A stretch of DNA of 64,000 nucleotides from Eledone cirrhosa (lineage: Eukaryota), in contig OZ024741.1 of assembly GCA_964016885.1 (NCBI GenBank), positions 212,040,001 to 212,104,000 on the forward strand. Reading direction: 5' to 3'. How positions within the stretch are numbered: position 1 is the first letter of the stretch; the number at the start of each line of letters is the position of its first letter. Shown here one piece after another: positions 1 through 12,205 of this stretch. Position numbers and translations under genes: made by a program. The notes under the pieces are model-generated. The model had not been told where the DNA came from. It was given only the letters and a program-made list of their open reading frames with translations, and made no database searches.

Positions 1-1491
1 TTCTCAGCAGCGCCACCGCTCCTCGGCTCACGGAGCTGGGAATTCTTCCGCTCTGTTGCCAGTTGCAGTAGACGTCCGCCAAGAGGCCTCCGAACAAGTT
101 TGGCATTTGTACGTAAAGTTCATAGGGCAGACCATCCAAACCAGGCGATTTACCCCTTGTGCAACTAGTCATTGCATCCCGTACTTCAGCGGTTGTTATC
201 GGCTTTTCGCAACACTCCGCCTCAGTGGCCGAAAGCCGCGGCAGTCCGTCGAGGTAGACACTAGAGTCCATCCATCGATCCGGCCCGCCGCTGCCCCCGA
301 ACAGTTGAGCGAAGTGTCGCTGAAAAGCTTCACACATTTGCCCGGGATCGAGTAGCATGCGCCAAAGACCGGATCGTGGCCTTGTTGCCACGACGTGCCT
401 CCGCCACTCGGGCCCATTGAACGGCTTTTGTCCCCTCGTGTCTGAGAGCACGCACCCTAGCTCTGACAACGCAGCCTTCGTGCTTTGCATTGAAGAATTG
501 GTCAAGGGCCAATTTCGCCGCAAGTACGTCGGTCGCGATGCCTTTGCTAAGCGCCTCATCTAATTTTCTAACTAATTCTCCCTCTGCACTATTTTTCTCT
601 ATTGCTAAAGTCTTACTAAACCTAATGGACTCTATTCTAATTGCTCTTTTCAGAGCAAACCACCACTTGTTGTTGACGATGGCCCCCGTCAACGCCCGCT
701 TAACTAGTTCGCTAATCCGGTCTCTGTAGGCCTTGCGCGCTGGTAAGGACGCGTTTAGCTTCCAGTAGCCGGGTCCTCGTCTATGAAGCCTATCTAAGTC
801 AAGCACACAGATCACGAATTTGTGGTCCGTGTAGCTGACTATCTTGAATTGTGGACAGCCTATGCTAGACCTATCTATTTCCCTACAAAATACTCTATCT
901 AGATATGATCTGGATGACCCTATGCGATTTGTGCAAGTCCACATTGGTACATTCGGGAAATCCATTCGGTACCTGTCAGACAGTTCAAAACGTCTGAGCA
1001 GGTTGGTGAGACTCTTGCACCCTCCTTCCCTATCCACTAATCCCACACAATCCCAGCGTGCATCTAAGATCCCGTTCCAGTCGCCCACTAACACTAAAGA
1101 GCGGGACGTTCCAAGAAAGGTCTCCAGACGCCGGAAGAAATCAGGCCGCCCTGCTCCTGTCGGGGCATAGACGGCCACTAACCTGAAAGTTTGCTCGTCT
1201 CCGCTGGTCACGTCCAGCACCACCAACTTACCTTCTGGGTCCAGGAAGATGGCCCGTATGGCAAGATCCAAACCTCTCCGAAAAAGCACAGCAACTCCAC
1301 CCCCCGATCCCGGACGGCTGGGAGATGCGTACACATCGTAGCCGCCGAAGATCGGTGCGAAAGCCTGTGTTTCGGAGATTCTGGTCTCGCTGATCTATGT
1401 TTAGTGACCTGAGGTCGTTGAGCAGGTGGCCCTGCTTCCATGACGACCCCAAGCCACGCGCATTTATGCTGCCTATTCTGAGTGAGGTCAT
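1..1491 (-). pseudogene. LINE ORF2 N-terminus (AP endonuclease and linker), frameshifted
   Basis: MTSLRIGSINARGL, GGGVAVL, VYAP, GDWN, SYLDR, TDH and GPGYWKLN motifs. Confidence 0.9.
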
Positions 1492-1525
1492 GTTGAAAAG
1501 GAGTGGAAAAGATGGGAAAGACCAC

Positions 1526-3521
1526 TTACCTTACTTCTCGTAGGGGAAGGACGGTTTTTCCATCCTTTTCACTGCTTGTGGCCACCTCAGGAAGGATGTC
1601 CTTATAAATCCTCCTGGAGAGTGCTTGTCGGAAGTCTCCGATGTCTTTGGGGAATTTTTGTTTTAGTGTCATGTACGTTTTCTGTGTGATGCGAGTGATT
1701 TGTATGTGTTGAGGTGGTGTGAATTTTGGGGTTGTTGTGTAGTCTTTTTCTGTGATGCTGGTGTTGTGTTGGATGTAGTGTAATAATTGCTTGTTGTTCA
1801 AATTTAATGCTGTGTAGTGTGTATCGTTTTGGTTGTTTTGTTTTGTTTGCGTTTGTTGTGGGTTTGTTTCTGTTTCGCATTTTGGTGACTTTTGTAGTGT
1901 AGGTGATGGTGGTGTTGGAGTTAATGATGGTGAGGGTGTTGGTGTTTGGGTTGATGGGGTTGGTGATTCTGGTGTGGATGGTGGCATATCTGTCCTAACT
2001 TTTTTGTTTCTTAGTTTATTTGATTCCCTCTGTATTTTGTTTTTGGAGGGGGAAGGAAGAGAATTTTTTCTTTTTCGGTTTCTTTTTTTTTTCCGGATAT
2101 CGTTTACCACTCCTCGTCGTCACAATCTGTCTCCAGTTGAGATAGGCCGGGGAGTGGAAAATCCTCTACAGGCGTTAGTTTTGGTTGTGGCGTGGTGGAT
2201 GGTGTAGGCGCTGGTGCTAGTTCTGAAGCGTTGGGTGGTGGTGGTGTTGGTTTTGCTGGTGGTGGTGGTGGTGTTGGTTTTGCTTCTGTTGCTGGGGTTG
2301 TTGCTGTTATAGTTGCTTCTGTTGTTGCTGCTACAGTTGTTGCTGCCATCTCTGCTACTGGTGGTGTTGATGGTTGTGTCACTGGGGTGGGTAGGAGAGG
2401 TGGCCTCAACCGTTTAGCCTGAGGGCAGAAAGCCCTTAGGTGGGTTCCTTCACCACAAACGACACACCTAGGTCTTCTGCCCTCGACAATTACCGTGAGG
2501 TGGCTGCCGTCAGTGAGGTCTATTACTTCTGGGATCTCCTCAATGCTTTTTTGGTCCGCTTGGATCAGGAGCTCCATCCCAGATCCGGACCAGTTCTCCT
2601 GCTTTTCTTTTGCTATTGCTATTATTTTCGTGTTGGCTTCGATGCCGGCGAGGACGGCCGCTATTAGCCAGGGAATTTCGATGGCCGGTGGAACGTGGGT
2701 CACCCTGATCTTTACGAGTCTCTGGCCACAATAGCTTGGGACGAGTGTGAAGTCGTCACTTCTTAATGGGGCCATGGAGTGTTCTCTAGCCTCCTCTGGT
2801 GTTTCAAAGAACACGTCCACGGTTCCATACTTTTGCCCACGTCTGATGTGGGTTTTTCTTGCCCACACATGTCCCAAAGCTTTTTGGATTTGGGACTCGG
2901 ATGCCCGTTCCACTCGGCGCGATTTTACATTTATTGTTCTATACGACACGGTGCATAGGCGCCGATGCTCCATTTTATTAGGTGGGGTGGGGGGGAGGCT
3001 GACCCTGTACCCATCTTTCTTTACCATTTGTTTTGCATTTTCTAAATCCTCCTGAGTTACCGTAAATGCTTCGAACTGTTTTGCTACTCTGGCGAAACTG
3101 AGGGTCGGTTTCATAATGTCATTGTTGTTGTTGTTGCTATCGCTATTTGTGTTAATATTAATTTTAGTTTCAGTTGTGGTGGTGATGACGTCAGTCGTCT
3201 TTGGTGGGGAAGAGTCCATTTTGCTTGATTTCATTTCGACATCACGAGTTAATTTATTTTTTTCTTCTTTTGTTTCTGTTGTCGCGGTGGTGGTGGGGTG
3301 GGGGTTGTCGCGGTGGAGGTGGTGGTGGAGGCTTTAACACCTGCAGTCATTGGTAATGGCGGGAAATGAATGTCTGCCTGAGACAAATTTAAAATATTGC
3401 TACTGCTTATATTTTCTTTTGTGTTGGCAAACGTAGTAACATTTACAATGGTGGTGTCGGTGTGAGGTGTTAATTTGTGAGGAAGGCTTTCAGCTGCTTG
3501 GTGCAGAGGTGAATTAGCCAT
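1526..3521 (-). pseudogene. LINE ORF1 (zinc-knuckle nucleic-acid-binding protein), frameshifted
   Basis: Pieces 3249-3521, 2104-3234 and 1526-2110. VEGRRP-CVVCGEGTHLRAFC motif, P/T-rich tract, basic KKKRNRKRK, and a C-terminal block similar to ORF1 of A/B/C. Confidence 0.85.
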
Positions 3522-3729
3522 TTTTTTTCAAAGAAATTTTTGATAATAATAAAAGTTTAAATTTTGGGCACAAGGCCCCAATCTTTTTGGGTGTCCTTTT
3601 CGGAAAACAATGTATGTGCGCTTATATATGGTTAACAATAAAAATTTTCCATGAATGGCAATTTTTAACAAACGGAAATAACAAACCTTTGCGGAGCTCA
3701 CGATGATACGATTTACTACGTAGGTCACC

Positions 3730-3771
<42 letters not shown>
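3730..3771. repeat. (AAT)n microsatellite
   Basis: Perfect AAT run between two oppositely oriented retroelements. Confidence 0.98.
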
Positions 3772-3773
<2 letters not shown>

Positions 3774-3774
<1 letters not shown>

Positions 3775-6700
3775 GTCTACACTATATAGAACAGCCAAAC
3801 TCACCAACACCAGAAACTAGATACACCACCCACCCCATCACCTGTGTACACTAAACCACCACCGCTCACTACGGCCATCATTACAACCATTATCCCATCA
3901 CCGCCGCCACCACCCCTTCACTCCTTCACTGCTACCACCGCTACAGCACCATCACTACAGTAATACGGTCACATCACCGCCACCACTGCCTCGGTATCGA
4001 CATCACCACTGTCTCAGTATCGCTACCGCCGCCAGTCTCCCACTTCCTCCAGCTGGCTGCTGCCACCACATTATAGAATCCCTACTGCTAAAAAAGAGGA
4101 AGGCATCAAAATATATAGATAGACTCAAAAGAAAAAAGAAAAAAACAAACAACAAAACCAAAGCAGCACAGCAACAACAGCAAAAAACGAGAAAAACAAA
4201 CAGAGAAAAACAAAAAAAACAAAACAAAAAAAAAAACCCCCAAAAAACGTAAAGAAAATAAGAATGAAGAGAGAAGCAGGCGGACGGACAGAGAAGAGGG
4301 GGGAAAAACTAAAACTTAAAAAACAAAAACTAAGTCAGACATTCGAACACTACATTACAACGAAACTTATGCTTATTCATTTTTGGGGCCCTTTCTGCCT
4401 GTGTGTTTGTTTGTTTATGTGTGTTCGTATGCAGCGTGGTGATAATGCCACACAAGGGCCAAGTGGAATGGCGGATCCACAGATGGATATGTAACCATAC
4501 ATTCGCCAATCCTCGATAAGAGTGTTTAAATATCGAACATAAACAGTTCGAATAACGGTGAAATGGAGACTAGAACGTCATGTGACAGACTCTCACCCAA
4601 CAGGTGCCCCCTGGCTCAGCAGCAGGAACCTGACTGTCAACCAAATACTGCTGATGTTGGAGGAAGGAGAAGAAGGAAAGGGGCCAGAACCAACTGGACG
4701 AAAGAATTGAATAGAACTGTTATGCAATGTTACCTGAAAAGTAACCCCAAGGAGAGGGGCTACAGGAGACGGATGCATAACATCTGGAACGAGATTGGTT
4801 TATTTAAATTAGATGAACAAAAATTGGCCGGGCAGGCTCGGGTAATAAGAACTAATGGATGGATAAGCGAGCTGGAACTGGAGGAACTGAGCAGAGAGAA
4901 TGGCTTGGAGATGGCGGGTGTAGTATGCCAGACAAGCGAGCCAGTGGGAAATGAAGGTGAAGAGGTCCTGAGAACGGAGGAACCACCCGAAGCAGACAAT
5001 GATCTGAATACTGAGATAAATAATACCTGGAACAGAGATACGGCCACTGAGGAGATGAATGCTGACGGGCTAGAACAAGATTCGGTTGACATCTTAAATT
5101 TAGTGGTAGATGAATTGAACAATGATAGTGGGAGACCTATGAACCTAAGATTTGTAGACAGGAAAAAGTTAAAAGAAACAACAGCTAAGGTAAACAAAGT
5201 CATCCCATACCTTGAGGCGAGGAGCCTTCACCAGTGCAACAATATCCTCAAAGCAACAGCAAATACGGTGAGGAAACTACTTGGTATAAAAGCGAGAGGA
5301 AACAACAGACAAGAAAGAGAAGAGCCGTGGTGGAAGAAGCGACTGAGTGGGCAAATCGGGGAAATGAGAAATGACATAGGAAAGCTTGAGTCACTACTGA
5401 ATGGGACACTAAAAAACATAGGCACTAAAAATAGACTGGAAATAAAATACAAAACTAGGAGGAAAAAGCTAAATATTATCATAGAGGAACTGAAGCAACG
5501 CATTGTAGCAAAGAGTGCAAAAATCAGGCGATACGAGAACAGAGTCAGTCAGTATAAACAGAACCGCATGTTCGACAACAACCAGAAGATGCTGTTTGGA
5601 CAGCTTGAGGGGAAAGAAAGAGGCAACGACTTGATCCCTGGGGCGGAGCAAACTAAAACATTCTGGAGAGGAATATGGGAGCAGGATGTTAGACACAATG
5701 CCCAGGCAGGGTGGATTGAGACAGTACAGAGGGAGATCGGTGAGCAGGCACAACAACAAACTGATTTGAGTATCACAGTTGAAACTCTTAAGGGGCAGGC
5801 CAAAAAACTAACCAACTGGAAATCACCAGGCCCAGATGGTGTGCAGGGGTATTGGATTAAACATTTAACATCCCTCCACCCGAAGCTGGCGGCCATGTTC
5901 AATGACTGCTTGGTGTCGGGTGAGGTGCCAGAGTGGTTGACAAAAGGTACCACAGTTCTGATAATGAAAGACCGAATCAAGGGTAATGATGTTACCAACT
6001 ATAGACCTATCACATGTCTGTCCGTAATGTGGAAACTGTTGACGAGCATTGTGTCTGAGGAAATCTACCATCACCTCCACACAAACAACTTGTTACCGGA
6101 CGAACAGAAAGGATGTCGAAAGAAGTCACGTGGTACAAAGGACCAGTTACTTATTGATAAGATGGTAATGGGGAATTGCAGGAGGAGACACACTGATCTT
6201 GCCATGGGATGGATAGACTACAGAAAGGCATTTGACATGGTGCCTCATTCCTGGATCACCAAAAGCCTGGAGATATTCAGGGTGGCAGATAACATCAGAC
6301 AGTTGCTAGGCAGGAGTATGGGGTCCTGGGAGACAGAGTTGACATCAACTGGAGTATCCTTGGGAAGCGTGAAGATCAAGAGAGGTATCTTCCAGGGAGA
6401 TAGCCTGTCCCCTCTGTTGTTTGTCCTTGCCCTGATGCCCTTGACCATTATGCTGCGAAAAGTGAGAGCAGGATACAAGTTGGGAAGGGGAGAGCTTACC
6501 ATCAATCACCTCCTCTTCATGGACGATCTTAAGCTCTCGGGAAAAGTGAGAAGGAGTTGGATGTGCTTGTTGACACTGTCCGTATTTTCAGCAGTGATAT
6601 ATGTATGCAGTTTGGTATTGGTAAATGTGGAGTCATTGTGATGAAGAGGGGTAGGTTGAGCAGAAGTAACGGGATCCAGAAACCAACAGGTGAGATGATA

Positions 6701-8048
6701 AAGGAAATTGACTCTGAGGAAGGATACAAGTATTTGGGCGTTCTGGAGGCTGATGGCATAAAGAACAAAAAAATGAAGGAATTGTTAAGAACTGAATACA
6801 TTCGGAGAGTAAGGAGCGTATTGAAGTCACATCTGAACAGCAGAAATGCCATAAGCGCAGTAAATTCCCGAGCTCTGTCTATTATTAGGTACAGTGCGGG
6901 AATTCTGAGATGGAATGTTGCTGAACAAAAAGAAATGTATAGGAAGACTAGGAAGCTATTGACTATCTACAACATGTTCCACAAGAGGAATGATGTCGAT
7001 AGACTCTACCTAAGGAGATCTAAGGGTGGAAGAGGTCTTATCAGCATAGAGGACTGTGTTCAGATGGAGAAAAACAACCTATACAAATACGTGACCTATA
7101 GTAAGGAGCCAATGCTCAGAACTGTACTGAAGGAGGGGACAGTAGGCCAGGGGATGTCCAAGGAGGAAATAACATCAAGGAGGAAGAGCAGCCTTAAGGG
7201 AAAATCCCTTCATAGTACCTTCTTTGAGAAAACTGAATTTAGAGATCCACAGACATGGAACTGGTTGAGAAGATGAGACCTCAAAAAGGCTACAGAAGGA
7301 ATGCTAATGGCTGCGCAGGAGCAGGTCCTCAAAACGAAGTGGTTGAAGCACCATATCTACAAGGAGGAGGCTAGCCCACTGTGCAGGATCTGTGGAGAGA
7401 GAGAGGAGACTGTGGCTCACATTGTGTCCGAGTGTAAACACCTAGCCCAGACCCACTATAAGGGCTGGAGACACGATGTGATGGGCAGGGTGATCCACTG
7501 GCAACTGTGCAAAGTAAACAATTTACCACATTCTGAGAAATGGTATGAGCATAGGCCAGAGGCGGTGATGGAGAACAATCAGGTGAAGGTGCTGTGGGAT
7601 TTTAGGATACAGACGGACAAAAAACTGGAACACAATAGACCTGACCTGGTGGTTGTGGACAAAGAAAAAAGATCGTGTCTGATTGTGGATGTGGCCTGCC
7701 CGTTCGACACGAGAGTGCAAGAGAAGGAGAGGGAGAAAATTAACCGATACCAGGACCTAAAGTGGGAGGTGAAAAGGATTTGGAACTGCCATGAAGTCAA
7801 AGTGATCCCGATTGTCATAGGCGCACTGGGGACTATCTCCAAAAGTTTCCAGGGATGGTTAAAGAAAATCGGCCCCTTCACGCTTTTTGGAACGCTTCAA
7901 AAGGCATGCTTGCTTGGAACAGCAAGAACCCTCCGATACGCCCTGAATATCTGAGGCTGCAGGTAGTGGCTTGATATTCAACCCAACGGACTTTCCAGTT
8001 AACCAACATCAATGACTGAGATTCAAGGAATAACAACAATAATAATAT
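3774..8048 (+). mobile_element. R4/Dong-clade non-LTR retrotransposon (RT plus restriction-like endonuclease)
   Basis: Single-ORF architecture with an (AAT)/(AAC) 3' tail. TAATAATAATAC at 3762-3773 and 8049-8060 may be a target-site duplication. The 5' boundary is uncertain. Confidence 0.8.
4563..7954 (+). pseudogene. RT-CCHC-RLE polyprotein with one frameshift (~6540) and one stop (7274)
   Basis: WKSPGPDG, NYRPITCL, DYRKAFD, FQGDSLSPLLF, LFMDDLKL; CRICGEREETVAHIVSEC; RHD; RPDLVVVD..IVDV..KINRY PD-(D/E)xK nuclease. Confidence 0.93.
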
Positions 8049-8271
8049 TAATAATAATACCTAAGACGAAGAAAAACAAGTAAAAGACAACGTGTAAAAA
8101 TATGACTACCTAAAATATACAGCATAAACGTTAAAGTATCTTTTACATTTATACAGCTTTCTTATTGAAGCAACAGCAATAGTTTACTATGAGTTTCTCA
8201 ATAATGAGTTCCAGGTGACCTTTTGCTATGCCGTGTAGTATTTTCTGTATGTCTTCATTTGTTGTTATGGC

Positions 8272-8440
8272 GTGAGGCAGCGAATTGGCAAAGTCGTTAG
8301 AAAATCGAATAGACAGCTTTGTGATATTTATTACAGTTATCTGTGCTCCGAGTTCAAATCCCGTTGAGGTCAATCTTTCCTTTCATCTTTTTGTGTTCGA
8401 TAGAAAAAAAAAAATACCAGTTCATTACTGGGGTTGATTC
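8272..8440 (+). mobile_element. SINE family 1 (tRNA-like head), diverged copy
   Basis: B-box-like GAGTTCAAATCC, then a cctttcatc...taccagt...actgggg body shared with other copies in the window. Confidence 0.75.
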
Positions 8441-8827
8441 TTTCTCTATAACACTTTCTCTATAACATTTCCTCTCTTCTTTCCTCGAAGAAATCGGGTG
8501 TATTCGTACCTGCATACGGATGTGGTCCATCATGTTTACTATGCCTGCATGTCAGTACGGCGACTCTATGGCGACTGTTACGACTCCAGCAGGAGTTACA
8601 GGTCATTACAAACATACATTATGTAGTAATAAGGATAACTTTCTATGAGTTTCTCAGTAATGTACTGCAGATGACCTTTCGCTATATTGTGCAGTGTCTT
8701 CACTTGTTGTTATGGCTTAGTCAGGCGTAGAATCCTACATAGACTCTAACAGAACGGTGAGAGAGGGGGGCGGGGTGAAAGAAAGAGAAGGATTTGTGAT
8801 TGTTTCAACAAGTCCCAGAGAGAAATC

Positions 8828-9142
8828 ATCTCTCGTTCTCGCTCTCTTTCTTTCTTACACACACTGACACACACACAAACACAGTTACACAGACACACAC
8901 CTCACAAACACACACACACACACACACTCTCTTTCTCTGTGTCTGTCTCTCTCTCTCTCTTTCTGCTCCACACAGACACACACAAACACAGTCACACACA
9001 CACTCTCTCTCTTTTTCTGTTCCACAGACACACACAAACACAGCCACGCACAGTCACACACTCTCTCTCTCTTTGTGTTCCACACAGACACACACAAAGA
9101 CAGTCACACACAGTCACACAAACACACACCACACACACACAT

Positions 9143-9175
<33 letters not shown>

Positions 9176-9835
9176 ATCTCTCTCTGTCTGTTTCTCTCTC
9201 TGTCTGTCTCTCTCTCTCTCTCTCTTTCTGCTCCACACAGACACACACAAAAACAGTCACACACACACTCTATCTCTTTCTGCTCCACACAGACACACAC
9301 TCACTCAAAATCTCTTTCTCTCAATTATACACACCCATAAACACATACAAATACATACAAACACACACCTTCTCCTTCTGTGTCTTCCCCTACATACACA
9401 TACACACACTCTTACCCTCCCTTCTCTTTCTCTCTCCCTCTCTCTGTCTTTCCATCTCTCTCACACATCCAAAAACACACTCAATATTTGTCTCTCTCTC
9501 GCACACACATTCTCTTTCTGTGTCTCTCCACTTCACACATTCCCTTACTCTCCCTTCTCCCCCACACACCTACACACACACACAATATCTGTCTCTCTGA
9601 CACACACACTCTCTCTCTCTCTTTCTTTCTGTGTATCTCCCCCTACACACATTCCCTTACTCTCCCTTTCTCCCCCACACACCTACAAACACACACAATA
9701 TCTGTCTCCCTGACACACACTCTCTCTCTCTTTTTCTTTCTGTGTATCTCCCCCTACACACATTCCCTTACTCTCCCTTCTCCCTCACACACCCTCAAAC
9801 ACACACAATATATGTCTCTCTGACACACACACATG
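8828..9835. repeat. Compound (CA)n/(CT)n micro/minisatellite
   Basis: Recurring units such as tctgctccacacagacacacacaaa and acacattcccttactctccct. Confidence 0.95.
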
Positions 9836-10069
9836 TCTTGCTAGCTACAATGAATTTGTGACATTTAGAACACTGCAACTTCGGAGATATTCAAATGCAA
9901 TCACAAGACTATTGACATCTTTGGAAAAATTCTCAATACTTTGTCTGTCTGTCCGTCGCTCCTTTTGTATTTGTTTTTATTTATTATTTTTAGGGGACCT
10001 GTTTGTTTGCCTATTTTTTATTATTATATATTTTGGTTTTGCCATATATACAAGACTCGCTGCCTATGC

Positions 10070-10114
<45 letters not shown>

Positions 10115-10334
10115 TCTCTCTCATTCTCTCTCTCTCTCTATCTATCTATCTATCGATCTTGATAGAGTAAGACACGCTTCGCATCGGCTCCGCTATTCCA
10201 TCGGGATTTACCCTTACTATTGTAAGTACCGGATAAATTTTTTAGTGCAACACATTTGGAACACTAACCCCTGTTATTTAGGGAAACATTTTTGCATTTA
10301 CCCCCTTTTTAGGGGGTAAAATAAATATCTATTT

Positions 10335-12205
10335 TTGCCGAAAAATTTCTTTCTTGGCAGCATGGCGGAAAAGATGGCAGACATGTCTGCCATTAGCTCT
10401 GCCACGCCCCCCAAGTCTGAAGAACAAAAAATAATTACAACAAAATTAGACATTGAAACAAACAAACAAAATGAAAAAACAAATGTTAAGGAAAATGAGC
10501 AAACAGAAAACAAACAAACAGAAAATAATACAAATAACGACAGGGCAACTTTCGCCCAGAAAACAAAACAATCCATTACATACACACCAATTGACCTAAC
10601 TGCCGCCAGAGAAAAACTGGCCGAAGCAAAGAAACACATTGTTTTGGGGGAGAACGGAATGTTTTCCATTAACTCCCCCCCAGAATTCAAGAAAGCCAGA
10701 GCAGAAAACACAGTTCTATACAGAACTATACTGAACCAGACAAGAAAGCCAGCACAGCCCAGCCAAATGGAAATAGAGTTAGTCCTAAAAGACTATATGA
10801 AGAATATTCTCTTCACACGAAAGGACCGACTCTATGGCAGCATTTCGGTCCTAACAAGAGACAAAGAAACGGCGGAGAAGCTTTCCCTAAGCCCACTCTC
10901 GTCGACAACATATAGCTTCTATCCCTCCTACATGGGTAGAAGAACACAGAGAGTAAAAGTAAAAACAATGCTGCCCACAATGGACTTCTGGTGGGCTATT
11001 GCTGGCTTCATTGATATGGGCGAAGACACTATGCTGTCAATGGGGAAGGCAACTGGAGATGCGTTCCTGGGAATGGGCCTCGACATACTAGTCCAAATGA
11101 GGCCCGAAAGAATAGCACAAATCCCGGATCGCATCTGGCTGGATGACCTTACCCCAATAGACATAATTGTAGAGGGGAGAAGACCAGCATGCTATTTATG
11201 CATGGAAAGGGGACACGTTAAGGCTAACTGCCCGAAACGTATCCCCCAAAAAGGACTATTGCCCACACCCACCACAAACAGTACACCAGCACCACCCACC
11301 TCCAAAAATACACTAATACCACACACAGCAAACAAAATACAGACACCACCAACCACAAACACAACACAAACATCACCACAACCAGCACCAAACACAAGCA
11401 CGACACAAAAATCACCACCACCAACCACAACACAAACATCACCACCACCATCACCAACCACAAGCACGACACAAACATTACCACCACCACCACCACAAAA
11501 CCCATTCCAAACAAATAATAAAAAAAACAGTAACAAATCTACCCCTCCCGCAAAAAAAAAACAACCACACAACACGTCCCTCCCACCTAGCGCTGAAGAG
11601 TTTCCCCCAACTTCTGAAGAAGAAGGAGGAGAAGCCTTCAGACAAGTTAAAAGAAAAAAAAGAAAACACACACCCAGCACACCACAAATAACCCACACAC
11701 AAACACCAACTCCAATCAAAAACACCCCACCCTCAACAAACAAAAATAAATCTGCGCCTCCCCTCTCCGAAACATTGACAGCATCACAAAAAAAGACGTT
11801 GCAATACACATATATAAATAAAGAAAACAAAAAACTGGTTAAATTAATAAACAATAACCCTATGGTGCAGACCGAAGGGCCAAACTTTATCTCAACAGAG
11901 AACTTCACCCATTTAAAAATGATAAAGGTCCCTCTGGACCTTTATCGTTCCTTAAAAGAACAATTTAGACGGGACGTGAGCCCCCCCCCCCCCCCTGTTT
12001 AAAACCGTTGAATCGCGTCCTCTTGAAAGATTTCCCCATAACCGCCCCTCTCCCTGACACAACTCCAAATACCCCAACCCCACCACACACGTGTACCCCC
12101 ACACCACCACAAAACATCCCTCCACCCAACACACCTGATGCCATGGAAATTACGCAACCCGGAGAGGTAAGTGCTTTTCTTTCTTCACTTTCAACACCAA
12201 AATAG
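10335..12205 (+). pseudogene. ORF1 of A (frameshift in the poly-C run ~11990, possibly a sequencing artefact)
   Basis: CYLCMERGHVKANC knuckle, P/T-rich region, KRKKRK. Confidence 0.88.

Larger units (their letters stand above)
1..3729 (-). mobile_element. L1/Tx1-clade LINE, family D (5' half; runs off the left edge)
   Basis: ORF1 with a CCHC knuckle is followed by an APE-domain ORF2 homologous to the array copies. ORF2 homology (GKSPGLDGLPYE, YCNWQQ) continues to base 1. The 5' end abuts the (AAT)n tract at 3730. Confidence 0.92.

Noticed and set aside
8800-9861. ORFs up to 266 aa rich in HT/SL/VC
   Set aside because: Translations of CA/CT microsatellite; no coding signal.
11192-11908. Antisense ORFs over LINE ORF1/ORF2
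   Set aside because: Shadow frames of A/C-rich or GC-rich coding sequence, not conserved in frame across families.
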